From positions 1-64,000 of the forward strand of contig NKIB01012822.1 of the NCBI GenBank assembly GCA_002256025.1: DNA of 64,000 bases, in the 5' to 3' direction. The notes below the pieces were generated by a model. The model did not search any database and had not been told where the DNA came from. It saw only the letters and a list, made by a program, of their open reading frames with translations. Below are positions 33,471 to 44,878 of this stretch, in pieces; the stretch's first letter is position 1; the number at the start of each line of letters is the position of its first letter. The stretch comes from Asterionella formosa. Its lineage: Eukaryota. Made by a program: the position numbers and the translations under genes.

Positions 33471-33701
33471 TCAGTTCTTTTTTAACCGGCGGATGACCAA
33501 AGTACCGCAGATAAGCCAGGCCACAATGAGGCAACCGATGGCTGCCTTGAACCAAACCGACGATGACCAGGAGTCTTTGCGATCTTGACGTTCAAGCAAT
33601 GCTTCAGTCTCGTCTACTGGGTTCATGGTGTTTGACGGGATTGCTGCTGCTGCTTCTTTAGGAACACGTAATAGAGACGAGCGAAGACGCATCAGAACCA
33701 T
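33471..33701 (-). CDS. Small tail-anchored-type membrane protein (hypothetical)
   Basis: 76-aa ATG ORF with ETEALL, a C-terminal TM helix and a basic tail RRLKKN. A GGTACC cluster lies upstream at 33865-34035. Confidence 0.45.
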   Translation of the reverse strand: MVLMRLRSSLLRVPKEAAAAIPSNTMNPVDETEALLERQDRKDSWSSSVWFKAAIGCLIVAWLICGTLVIRRLKKN

Positions 33702-34686
33702 GGACAGGAAAACACTTTAAGATACCGGCAGATCTTTGTAGGTTAGAACGCTATCTACCGGTGTACGAAGTCTACTATTGTGCGTTTTGCATGATGGTGT
33801 CTTGATGGTTTTGACATCTGCTGAAGGTAAGACAACACGACCGAGGCGGATAGAGACTGCCTACGAGTACCAGGGTACCGGTACCCTGGTACCGGTGTTC
33901 TTGTTGTCTTCGAGGTTTGGCAGGCGCGAGTACATACCGGTACATAGGTTGGCCGAACGAGCGGCGCCATCATACGAGTATATTTACCCGTAATTAGGTA
34001 GACTAACCCCGAGTTCCGTAATATATACCGGTAGGGTCTTAACGTCTTAACTAATACATATCTTAGGCTTTTTGTCACAACCTATTAAGCTATTAATTAT
34101 CTATGTAGACGGTTTTCTGCACTATATTGCCCTTTCAGCCGATATTGAAAACAAAAAGTTTGTATCTTAGATGCGAACTGGACAATTGCCCTCTGTATTA
34201 ATCATATGTTTGTAGTATATTTCACCTGCTCTGTTTTGGGATTGCTAAACTACTGGGTACAATCCACATTCTCTATGTATTAATGACCCTATATTTGCTG
34301 GCCTGTCATTCATTTAAGGGAGTTTGATTACTGATATCTACAGCCCCTCAATCAGCCTGCCAAGGAAATTGGACTTCTGAAATCAGAAGAGTGCAGGATG
34401 AACAACAAAAAAGCACAATGTGATGGTTTTCTGTAAAGTGTCAACTGCAATTCCACTAAATACATCACTGCTACTATCTTCCAGCTTGTTCAGGCTTACA
34501 CAGATACTGTTCATTGATGAATTAAGTACTCATTTATCATTTAAATAGATGTGGCTGTTTGTTGGATGATTCGACTTCTGGCAAGATTCATGTCATTGCA
34601 TTATTGTGGTAGCACATAAAATTTGGATCCTCCTTCAGTTGAGTTCAAAAAGCCTTTCTGATCACCCCTCCTTCTCTAGAATTGAT

Positions 34687-34727
34687 AGATAATGATTAAT
34701 CAGATAATGATTAATCAGATAATGATT
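34687..34727. repeat. 15-bp tandem repeat AGATAATGATTAATC x2.7
   Basis: Directly visible. Confidence 0.9.
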
Positions 34728-35772
34728 CTTCAAGAGCAACCTCAATTAGCTACTCATTTTGTATCAAAACTCAAAACATTATTGTACATCCATGTGAGGC
34801 TTCAATCATCACATAGCCGGTAATTTTGTCAGTTATGATCAGGCATTAAATTTTAACTATAATTCTGTAATATGTTTTCTACATGACTTACACTATCTCA
34901 AATCAGATCTTGGCAGCAACTTTTAGTGCTCGTACATTCTTGGCTTTTTCTGCTATTCTAAAATAGCAATGTTTCTGCAGATTAATTTATCACAACTATT
35001 GTTATTGCTACACTATCATAAATCGACAATGACAAAGAGAACCAGAAGCCACCTCTGGTACTCTAAATGAGTTATCAGCTTGACTTGCGAAGCACCAGCC
35101 AGAATTACAAGCAACCGGAATCTGTGAACTGTTATTGTTGTCTTGATTGGTTCACTGTACTATATATATGAATTGCTAAATACATTTTATTTGCAATCAT
35201 TCATTATATACCACACAGTTATAATCATATACCGGTATACCGGAATATGATTATTGTCTGTATAGACACCACGAGTCGGCCACCATGCATGATCATAATG
35301 ATGGTTCTATTTTATTGTTAGACTATAATTTTTAATTCATATATTTATATTTAGGTAGATATATTTATTTATATTATATTTATATGCATCATCGCCAAGC
35401 ATAGAAGTCAAAGTATATCATTCCCCGGTCGTAGATTTACTACATACTATTACTGTACCTGTGTCATGGCGATAGAACAGAGCGGTACCAGGTACCAGGT
35501 ACCGGGACCAGGTACATAGCAACAACCACAGCATCTACAGCAATGGCCAATCTGACTTCGCTGCATGATGGATTTAATAAACTGTTTCATCAAGGAGAAA
35601 GAGAAGCGCTATCATCTTCCAGTACTTGAGTTGCTCCCTGGCCTTCCCCAACAGCATATGCATGCTGATCACAAGAATTCAGAAGAGGGCAGCTCATGAT
35701 TTGTTCGATCAAGTCGCAGTCAAACAAACTGTCTTGCCCATAATTTTCAGTTTTGCCTAACCTAGGAAGCCG

Positions 35773-36873
35773 ATGTTGGCGTCGAACACCATCCTTCGGT
35801 CGGCTGCGCGCACCAACAAGGCCTCACTGTCCTCGGCATCGCTGTCATTCGGGTCTTCCAATAACATTTCTATTGGATCCATGCCACGCGACCGACCTGC
35901 AGCTGGACGCTTGATTGATGTATCGGATCTTGCTGAGGACATGCGATCGTCCGTGCGAGACTACACTCGAATGCATGACGGGGACATTAAGGTCATTGGC
36001 ATTCTCGCACACGACTATGGTCGATCCGACGCCGAGCTATACTCAGAGCGGATTCAAAGCACGTGTCAAGAAGACGGCCTGACCTATGAAGTGTGCCGGG
36101 TCGCTGGAGAGCGACCTCAGGACGTGGAAGCTGCCATTCAAGCTGCCAATGCTAGAGACGATGTGCACGGCATTTTGGTGTATTATCCCATTTTTAAACA
36201 TCGTGAGTTATGGAGTCGAGGACCCTACAAGAATCAATTGACAGGCGTGTATTACAAAACGCACGACGACTACCTGAGAGATGTCGTAGCGCACAGCAAA
36301 GATGTGGAAGGTCTGTCGTATCACTATAACGCGAGGTGGCTTTTTCGAGCGCAAGCCAAGCTTTCTCGAGACCAGAATTCCAATATTATCTATCCGTGTA
36401 CGGCTCTTTCTGTGCTTAGAATATTGGACAGTCAGGAACACGAATGGGCAGAAACAACAATCACAATTGTTAACCGCTCGGAAATTTTCGGTCGTCCCTT
36501 GGCTGCCATGCTGGCCAACCGCGGAGCCATGGTGTATTCCATCGACGAAGATTGTATTCTCCTCTTTCGATCAGGAGGCCGGCTACGGAGATGTACTGAT
36601 ATGGATCTAGATTGCTGCATGCGTCACTCATCCATCGTTATTTCGGCTGTTCCGACACCACAATTCTCGCTTCCAATTTGCGCTATTCAACCGGGAACAA
36701 CAGTAGTGAATGTTTCGGAATATAGTAATGTTGACGAAGATGCGATTCTAGGTATTCCTGGAGCTCAATTCATTCCACAAGTTGGGAAAGTGACAGTAGC
36801 AATGCTGGAACAAAATTTGATCAACCTGCATCAAAGGTGGCAGCATGACACGAAGGATCTGTCGAGATGCTAA
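35773..36873 (+). CDS. Methylenetetrahydrofolate dehydrogenase, FolD family, NAD-dependent MTD1-like type
   Basis: VHGILVYYPIF, DDYLRD....KDVEGL, PCTALSVLRIL, IVNRSEIFGRPLAAMLANRGAMVYSID (MTD1-type motif) and VGKVTVAMLEQNL. Confidence 0.88.
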   Translation: MLASNTILRSAARTNKASLSSASLSFGSSNNISIGSMPRDRPAAGRLIDVSDLAEDMRSSVRDYTRMHDGDIKVIGILAHDYGRSDAELYSERIQSTCQEDGLTYEVCRVAGERPQDVEAAIQAANARDDVHGILVYYPIFKHRELWSRGPYKNQLTGVYYKTHDDYLRDVVAHSKDVEGLSYHYNARWLFRAQAKLSRDQNSNIIYPCTALSVLRILDSQEHEWAETTITIVNRSEIFGRPLAAMLANRGAMVYSIDEDCILLFRSGGRLRRCTDMDLDCCMRHSSIVISAVPTPQFSLPICAIQPGTTVVNVSEYSNVDEDAILGIPGAQFIPQVGKVTVAMLEQNLINLHQRWQHDTKDLSRC

Positions 36874-36965
36874 TGCACCATTACCACGGGATTTAATATG
36901 CCTTATAACATGCCTAATAATTCTATCATCCGTGATTCTCCTTATTTTTAGTATCCTTCGCCCAC

Positions 36966-37007
36966 ATATATATATATATATATATATAGATAGATAGAGA
37001 GAGAGAG
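36966..37007. repeat. (TA)n-(GATA)n-(GA)n microsatellite
   Basis: Directly visible. Confidence 0.9.
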
Positions 37008-37505
37008 TTACTTTTTTAACAATGTAACTTGCAACTTTCTGGTGTATTTTACACCCTCTACACTGGTGGCACTGGCCCTACAGTCTTCCCTGCTGAATTT
37101 TCCGCCCCACCATGTTGCCCCTCCAAGCAACCATCCTATTGGCAACAATAACCGTTTTGCTCCTATCAACAATCCACAAAAGAAAGCGCCTAAATGCACA
37201 AACAAGAAGTCAAGGCTTGACATATGGACATCAATGCCTACTATATTAGGAACCTACTTCCAGCACCATCCTGCCTCTCTCCATCATTCTCTCTCACTCA
37301 TCTCAATCAGCTAATACCTGCAGCTCTCTCTGTTGATACCATGCAAAACAAGAAAAAGTGCTCCTTCCAGCTGCTATGAACCCTGTTACCCCCACTACTG
37401 TGTCATTTCTTATTGATCCTCATTTCCACCCACATATATATTTACCCTCTATGCTATCCAGCCTCTGGATTCCACCATGGGTACTCCAACCTTTTTCTGC
37501 TTCCA

Positions 37506-37916
37506 ACATTTCATCCTGGTGCCTGGCAATGGACTGCCAGGCTTCTCAATTCAAATTAACCGAAATGGCCATACAGTTTGCCATGAATACTTTCTGTGTC
37601 TCCAAAGACCCTTCTCTCTTGCTCTCTTATCATGTCTTCATCAGGCTAGCTAGTACACTGGTCCTCATATTGATTCTGCCTTCCAATTTCCGGATTTTCA
37701 TTTCATAACAATTCTCCCAAATTGGCAATGCAACTTTTATATTTGCTCTCTTTTTATTAATTGGCCTTCCAGTCTGCTCTCTTTCCCCTATAATGTTCTA
37801 CACATGATTCCAAGCCCTCTAAGAGCCCCATAATGGACTCCTTGCCCTTGCTCCTCACCATCTCAATGGTTGTTTCACCTCCAAACTGCAACCCCTAAGA
37901 ATCCCACAATGGACTC
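37506..37916 (+). repeat. Dispersed repeat copy A, probable decayed transposable element
   Basis: Shares colinear blocks with the reverse complement of 63465-63854: ACATTTCATCCTGG, ACCGAAATGGC.ATACAGTTTGCCAT, AAGACCCTTCTC, TCTTCATCAGGCTA, CTCTAAGAGCC, ATGGTTGTTTC, CAATGGACTC. Confidence 0.8.
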
Positions 37917-38613
37917 ACACTTGCTTGTCATTCCCTCAGGCCACTCCATGAGCTCCATTAGATTCGAGTTTCAATAATAGAAGTGTACTTTAAGATATAT
38001 TTGCCTACTATTTCCAGAGCTGTAGATGACAATGAGATATATCCTGCCATGACTATCAGCACTACATGGTACCTGGTACCTGGTACCAGGTATCTAATAC
38101 AGTACATACCACGGGTACCAGTAGTTGTCTACGCGTGCAACATGTGCTGGTATACTACCGGTATGCAGATGTACCGGCATATAGTAAGTCTCTGTATCTG
38201 GTACCTGGTACCTGGTAACTGGTACTAGGTAACGCGGTTACGGTATGATGATGATGTATGGGTATCTCTATCCCATACCGACTTATTCGACTATCTTGCG
38301 CGATATTTCGGCGATAGTCTCCAGTCTTTACATCAAGTAATTTTGGCGAGAAATCATACATCATATGATATTAATATACATATGGGTACAGAGATCGCGA
38401 TAATTATCCAACACAAAATCTCTTAAATACTTGCCATCAATAATTGCAAAGGAGCACCTTTCTGCTTTCGACCTCATTTCAATCCAACCAGGAGCAGTCA
38501 TTCACACGATCATGAGTTCTTAGAGAAACATATCAATTGGCAGAGATAACAAGTCTACTCGTCGCTAGGCAGAGGAATCAATTCACTGAGCACTTCGAAT
38601 TAAAAGGTGTATT

Positions 38614-41598
38614 ATGAAAGACAACTCAAGGGGATGGAACCGCCATCATGTCCCTTCGTCAGTGGGAGGAGACGATATTTTGACGCCAACATCGAGCAAC
38701 CGAAAAGACACGAAGCAAATTGAAAATATCAAGCCATTGTTGTCCATTCAAACTGGATCGCATCTCCCCGATAATGAAATTCATGAAGTGGACGCATACG
38801 AAAATCCGACGGAGCTGTTTCAGTGGATCAACTACGGCAACTACCCTGGTGCCACTCAGCGAGTTCTTGATCATCCAATAGAAGCGAGGACATGGATTGT
38901 AAGTCGAGTGAAAAGCTCTGGAAAGAACAAGGCATTGCATCCTGAAATAAAATGGAGGTTTCTCCCCCTACATCTTATTTGTTTGAAACAAAACCCTTCC
39001 GAGCAGTTATTACGAGCCCTGCTATTTTCCTATCCGCAGGCAACACGAGAACGAGACCACGACGGGAACCTTCCGCTTCACTATCTTTTGGCAGAAGGCT
39101 GCAATCATAATGACCTCCTTCAACTCATTCTGGAGGCATACCCTGAAAGTATTCAAAAGCGGGACAGTAAAGATCGATCTCCGTTGGAAATCGTGTCAGA
39201 GTCATTTCGATTAGGACGTATCACAAAGGATTGCATGGTACAAATGCTTTCGGTCCTTCGGCAATGGACAATAAATGAAGATCGGAGTGGCCCTCGCTCG
39301 CAAAATATCATTAGACGAACGTCTTTACGAGGATCTGGTACGGAGACAAGGGACCAACCAGACTCTCCTTTTGTATCCTTTTCTTTTGACCTAAATGAAA
39401 ATTCGACTAGTAAGGCAATGGTGGTGTATCCCGACAATCATGAGTATGGAAACGTGGGACAGAGGCGAAGTCGAAGTAAATCACGAGGTCGACACGACAG
39501 CGACGCCGAAGATGACACCCCTCGATCAAAGCCAAAGTCATCTGCTCGCTCCAAATCATCGTTGCGTAACCAAAGTGGCTATACTAGCGTGGAAATGAAA
39601 CTGGAAGAAGTCATGACCGAACGTAATGTCCTCCGGGAGATGGTAGCACAACTGAAAACTCAAACATCCCACCAAGAAATGGCCCTGCTAGCTCTAAATA
39701 AGCAAGTTGCAGACACTGCATCGGATCTTGGCAAGGGAAGAGAAAAGATGAGGCGTAAAAAGGAACAAATCGAAGACTTGCAGATACAGCTCAAAGAGCG
39801 AGACGAAATGATTGCCGAGTATAAGGAAGCCTTGAACATGATGAAGAAGGAACGAAAGGCGATGAATGATCAACTCACAAAAAAGGATGCAACTCACAAA
39901 GAGGAAATTGAACAATTGAAAAAAATCTCGGCTGATTCAGACAAGCGAAATCTAGATGAACGTGAACGCTTGAAGACAATTATACAATCACTAGAAGATG
40001 AGGGCAGGTCTGAAAAAGAAAATACGGTGAAACCGGGCGAAGACGAGGCAGTGAAAGCGGATGCCGCGGCATCGCAGAGCCGCCTCACAGCTCGTATTGC
40101 CTCACTAGAGCGAGAATTGCTTGATGTATCGGGTGCCAATGTTGGAGAAGCGTTATCTATGCGTACTCCTGATGTGACAAAGCTGGAAGAGGAACGAGAC
40201 GCTTTGAGAATGATGAATGAAGCACTTGAGTCTCATACGACAGCGTTGAAGGATCGTTTGGCGTTTGTTCAACAAGAAAACGAACAGAAGGAGGCATTAC
40301 GTGATCAAGTGCAATGCCTAGAAAAGGACCTATTGGCATTGCGAACAAAGCATTCGGCAACGACAGGTGCTCTTGACGAAATCAAGTCAAAATTTCTCAT
40401 CAAGGAGAGCAAACTACAGACTAAGATTGCCAAGATGGAGCGAGACCTTCTCGAACAGGTTACTGCTCGTGACGCACAGCTTCGCGAAGCCACGTCTGCG
40501 GCTCTTTGGGATAGCCAGCAAGACGAAGAAGAAAAGAAGTCTGTGCAATTGATGAATGAGACACTCCATGATCACATACGTGCTTTGAAAGAAAAGTGTC
40601 AAATAATGGAAATGTCATATTCTGAATTGAAGAAACAGAATGCTGAGCTAACGGAAGAATTGGCCAATGTCAGAATACGTGGACATTCTGTCAATGCTGA
40701 CCAAGGAATTGGCAACCGTCAGCGAGAACTCATGTTAGAAATCAATGATCTAATGTCTTCCATACACAGATTGAAGCAAGATGGGATCAAGAATCCTGAA
40801 AGTCAGTCTAAAATCGCAAACTTGCAAGCCTCCATTGAAGTCCTTCAAATAGTGCTTCAGAAGCTTCAGTCTCAGAATGAAGCTCTTCGCAAAGAAGTTG
40901 CAGAGCTACAGTCAAATCGTATGGATGGTGTACCATTTGGTGCAGTTGGCGGTGTATCCGCGATGCAACTTGCAAAACAAGCTGAGAGCTACAAGCAACA
41001 ACTCCAGGATTTAAAGGCTAAGTTTGACTTGCTCACTTCCAATAATGTCAACCTGCGCGAAATTGTTACCAAGAACAACGGCACCTACATTCAAAAGGTT
41101 GAAACGCTCAGTCGAGAAATCACTGAAGTTACGAATGTAAATCTTTCACTCCATCAGCATGTTCGCCATTTGTCAGAAGAGAACAAACAACTTCAAGAAA
41201 GTCTAGCCATGAGCAACAATGGCACGGCATATCACACCCGACTGGGTGAGCTCTCTAACCGCCTCAATCAAGTAGCTGCATTTTTGATCGCCTTGTCTAG
41301 TTTACAACGGCAACAAGCAGAACTCGTTGTCACCAACACTGACGAATGCAGGAATGATAGCTTTGAAATGGCTCGGGGACATTGGAATGCCGCACAAGCA
41401 GACATTCGTATTCACGAGGAAGCCATGTTGCGCGGTGCGGGCATCGATCGGGAGGAGATACTTCGTCATGCTGATGAATGCGAAGACGAGCTCAGGAATG
41501 TAGATTTCGAGAAGAGTCGTGATGACTTGCATGCTAGCTTTGACTTCCATCGAGATGAGCTGCGAGCAATTTCAATGGAATTGGGAAAACATCTATAG
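38614..41598 (+). CDS. Ankyrin-like N-terminal domain plus long coiled-coil protein
   Basis: 994-aa ORF with NPTELF...EARTWI...WRFLPLHLIC...YP.A...D.DGNLPLH, followed by an extensive heptad region. Confidence 0.85.
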   Translation: MKDNSRGWNRHHVPSSVGGDDILTPTSSNRKDTKQIENIKPLLSIQTGSHLPDNEIHEVDAYENPTELFQWINYGNYPGATQRVLDHPIEARTWIVSRVKSSGKNKALHPEIKWRFLPLHLICLKQNPSEQLLRALLFSYPQATRERDHDGNLPLHYLLAEGCNHNDLLQLILEAYPESIQKRDSKDRSPLEIVSESFRLGRITKDCMVQMLSVLRQWTINEDRSGPRSQNIIRRTSLRGSGTETRDQPDSPFVSFSFDLNENSTSKAMVVYPDNHEYGNVGQRRSRSKSRGRHDSDAEDDTPRSKPKSSARSKSSLRNQSGYTSVEMKLEEVMTERNVLREMVAQLKTQTSHQEMALLALNKQVADTASDLGKGREKMRRKKEQIEDLQIQLKERDEMIAEYKEALNMMKKERKAMNDQLTKKDATHKEEIEQLKKISADSDKRNLDERERLKTIIQSLEDEGRSEKENTVKPGEDEAVKADAAASQSRLTARIASLERELLDVSGANVGEALSMRTPDVTKLEEERDALRMMNEALESHTTALKDRLAFVQQENEQKEALRDQVQCLEKDLLALRTKHSATTGALDEIKSKFLIKESKLQTKIAKMERDLLEQVTARDAQLREATSAALWDSQQDEEEKKSVQLMNETLHDHIRALKEKCQIMEMSYSELKKQNAELTEELANVRIRGHSVNADQGIGNRQRELMLEINDLMSSIHRLKQDGIKNPESQSKIANLQASIEVLQIVLQKLQSQNEALRKEVAELQSNRMDGVPFGAVGGVSAMQLAKQAESYKQQLQDLKAKFDLLTSNNVNLREIVTKNNGTYIQKVETLSREITEVTNVNLSLHQHVRHLSEENKQLQESLAMSNNGTAYHTRLGELSNRLNQVAAFLIALSSLQRQQAELVVTNTDECRNDSFEMARGHWNAAQADIRIHEEAMLRGAGIDREEILRHADECEDELRNVDFEKSRDDLHASFDFHRDELRAISMELGKHL

Positions 41599-41749
41599 TG
41601 ATAAAAATGAAATAAACATACTTTACAGAATATCTGAACAGCGAAATTTTGGGGGAAATGGACTCCAATCTATTGAATTGCCATGCAGCAAAGAAAACAT
41701 CACGAACCTGAGAGCAGTGAACAAACCATTCGAAATGCAAATTAACTAT

Positions 41750-42570
41750 TTAGGGATGTCCAGGATGGACCATTACCCCTGCACATGCCCTGAGAGCATC
41801 AATGGCAGCCTTCTTGTCATCAGCCTTGAAAATGCCTCCTCCAGCAACAAGAACATTTGCACCAGCCATGATTAAGGCAGCGGCATTCTTCTCGCTCACT
41901 CCTCCATCAACAGAAATATGAAGGTCAGGTTTTATCTGACGAAGCTCCTCAATCTTGTCTACTGCTTGCTTCATATACTTTGGACCACCATATCCAGGGT
42001 TGACCTTGTAGAAAGGGAAAATTTAGCAGTATCCTGATATAGCTCTACATATCACAAATATGACGCACTTACCAACATGACCACAGCAACTTGACATTGA
42101 TCCAAAACATGATAAACAGTACTCACACTTGTACCTGGATTCAATACGACACCTGGTGCGACACCAGCTGCAGCTATCTTGTTGATGACCGCTCCCAACT
42201 GGAGCGTAGATTCCGGGTGAACACTGATAATGTCTGCTCCAGCCTTAATAAATTCTTGAACCCGGTGTTCTGGCTCGATACAGCTCAACTTGACATCAAA
42301 GACTGTCTCCGGGAAGGACTCGCGGCAAGCGGCAACCACCGCGGCTCCAAAGGAAATTTTGGGCACCATGCGACCATCTTGGACCGAAAAGTGCAGCCAT
42401 TCTGCTCCTCCGTCCACAGCTCCTTGAAGGTCTGCTCCCAAAGTGAGAAAGTTAGCCTTGGCAACAGAGGGAGAGACAATAATGCGCTTGTAGGTGCCCA
42501 GAGGAACAAGGGCGAGGCATCTTCCAAGTATGATGGAGAGCACGAAGAAAGCCTGACAGATATGAGTCAT
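41750..42570 (-). CDS. Ribulose-phosphate 3-epimerase-like protein with signal peptide and atypical active site; intron 42005-42072
   Basis: SPSV..ANF..LG, WLHFSVQDG.MVP.ISFG, GADIISVHPES, GVVLNPGT, MLVNPGYGG (across the splice), ISVDGGV and GANVLVAG. Confidence 0.88.
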
Positions 42571-43225
42571 GGTGAGCACTGTAGCAGGGAATCAATTTAT
42601 GCTTGTGAATGGCTGATGCTGCTTTCGTGTATAATGGGAAGAAAACGCTTTTCTGTCTGTGCTACCGGTAATGCTATAACGAAGAAGAACAAATCCCATC
42701 TCGCCTTGATGTTTGCAAGCGAACTTGCCGCCAAAGACATCCATCCCTCACTATTAGGCGACGTCACCAATATAAATACATGAATATTGGGATATGTATG
42801 ATATATACATATATACTATATATACCGGTTAATGATTTCATTATTAGCTGGACCGGTGTAAACCGTTGTATTTCGAAATTATATTTTATTGATACCGGTA
42901 CCGGTCTACGGTCTACGGTACCAGGTACCAAGAAGTAGACGGGTCGTTGTTTTGACCATGCATGATGATATTTACATGCCTCTATGTGTGTACGGATAAA
43001 TTTAATGAAGACTCTCATGTTGCCACATTAGCAAGCAGTTGTAGAAAAAGACCCACATACAGTAACCCTCATAGTGCTTCTTGGGATTGTCAGCCCTGGG
43101 TTCTTGACTGACTACCCTGGTACCAGGTACCCAAACCAGTATCATCCCAACAAACGTGACAACTGTAGGTGCTGAAATGCTGGGATATTGACATGATGTC
43201 ACTACCATGGCAAAATATGTTTGTA

Positions 43226-44417
43226 TTACTCTGGTAACCAATCTGGTGAACAAGTGAATTTCATTTGTGTTCCTGTCCTAGGGTGTGGTAAAGATAATGT
43301 GTGTGCATGCAGGCATAACTTGGTGGCATTTGGATCCATTGGGTCAGCCAGTGTTACTGGCTCACCATTGCCATAAAGAGAATCTCCTATTATACCACCC
43401 CCAACTTCAGCACAGTGAATTCTTAGTTGATGAGTTCGTCCTGTCAATGGCGTCAGCTGCAAAATAACAGACCCTTGTTGCCGACTTTTCACCTTCCAAA
43501 GGGTTTTGCAGCATTTTCCATGGGGATCCACCTTCCATTTTATGCCTTCATTACTGGGTGAAAGGGACAGGTCAATTTCACCCTGCTCACTCAACATAGG
43601 CCAGTACTTAACTCTTGCTAGATATGTCTTATGAACGTGTTCTCCTTCCCTCCAAGCTTTGCACAGACCCCTTGCTGAATCATCGTCACGTGCAAATATC
43701 ATAATGCCAGAAGTCTTTATGAAACAATAGTCAATGATCAAAAATGTGATGTGATAAATGAGCAAAAGACAATAAACGCTCCTTGATGATTCTTACCTCG
43801 CAATCTAGACGATGAACTGCATGTAGGTTATCTCCTGAAACCTTTCCACAATACTCCAACAACAGTAATTGGCCAAAAGCAGAATCCTCGTGCCGCGTCG
43901 ACTTCGGTAAATTCAAGAGAGGAATTTGTCGAGATTCAATCATATTATGAACTTGCTTTGACAGAGACTCTAGCTCGCTTGCATTAAGCCGCTCCGGGTT
44001 TGCAATTCTTTTCCCCTTTTCATTCGTTTTGCAGTTAGGGCCCACCAAGAGTCGATGTTGATTCCGTTCAACATACCGATGAAATGATGTCCATCGTCTT
44101 GGGATCGACGAAAAATTGCTCTTGTTGATGGTCAAATGCTTCATCAGAAGTTTAGCCATGTCTAATTCTTCCCTTTCTTCGATTTCAAAGCTCTCGAGCG
44201 CCGCAATCCAAGCTTCTTGTGCCGTCAATCGATTCCCCTGTCGCTGTCGCTTTTGACCGACTACTTGTGCATTTCCTGGGACACTCCGAAGGTTGCTTGG
44301 TTTATTAATGACGACAATGTGTTTGTCATGATACAAAATCATAATTTTCAAGTGCTGAGGGATGGATTGAAACCGTTGCTGAAATGAGGCTGGTGCTGCC
44401 GTCGATTCTGTCATCAT
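43226..44417 (-). CDS. RluA-family RNA pseudouridine synthase; intron 43715-43796
   Basis: VVINKPSNLRSVPG, VHRLDCE|TSGIMIFAR (catalytic Asp), KTYLARV, LTGRTHQLRIHC...IIGDSLYG and LCLHA..L..PHP. Confidence 0.92.
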
Positions 44418-44878
44418 GGTCAACATCAGGTGAGCTATTATAATAATATTCTGTAAATATTGTGGGTACTACCTGTACTTGCTTTTCACCTATGTATGAT
44501 ATTATCATATCACATACCGGTAGCAATGAATAATGGAATATATTTTTACAGCACAATGATAACCCTGCATCAAGCAAGCAACACCGCCATGCACATTTTG
44601 TCCAATGCAACATCATTTAATCAGCACAATAGCAATCTTTTTTAACCAATGGACATACTTGTAACTACAAACACTAGTTCAAGGTCCCAGGTTCCGGTAG
44701 TCTGGTCGTTGGACATTGCTCTGCATTTCTTTAAAAATATTCTAGTCGTCGGCACCAGATGAAATGTCTAATGATAGCTTGCTTTGTCACTTATGATCAT
44801 TAGATGGTTCGATTTAAATGTTATAGTGGTATCTCCAAAAGTAACATGGCCACTCCAAGTGAAGGCACGGACATGGCA

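Noticed and set aside
33755..34078. Short ORFs rich in VPGTRY/YLVPG peptides (also 6658-6883, 37983-38228, 56026-56415, 60378-60891, 62697-63046)
   Set aside because: These are translations of the GGTACC motif arrays, not a protein family.
42091..42783. 230-aa plus-strand ORF and similar antisense ORFs (59039-59677, 32869-33417, 9885-10451)
   Set aside because: These are antisense shadows of well-supported genes and have no recognisable motifs.
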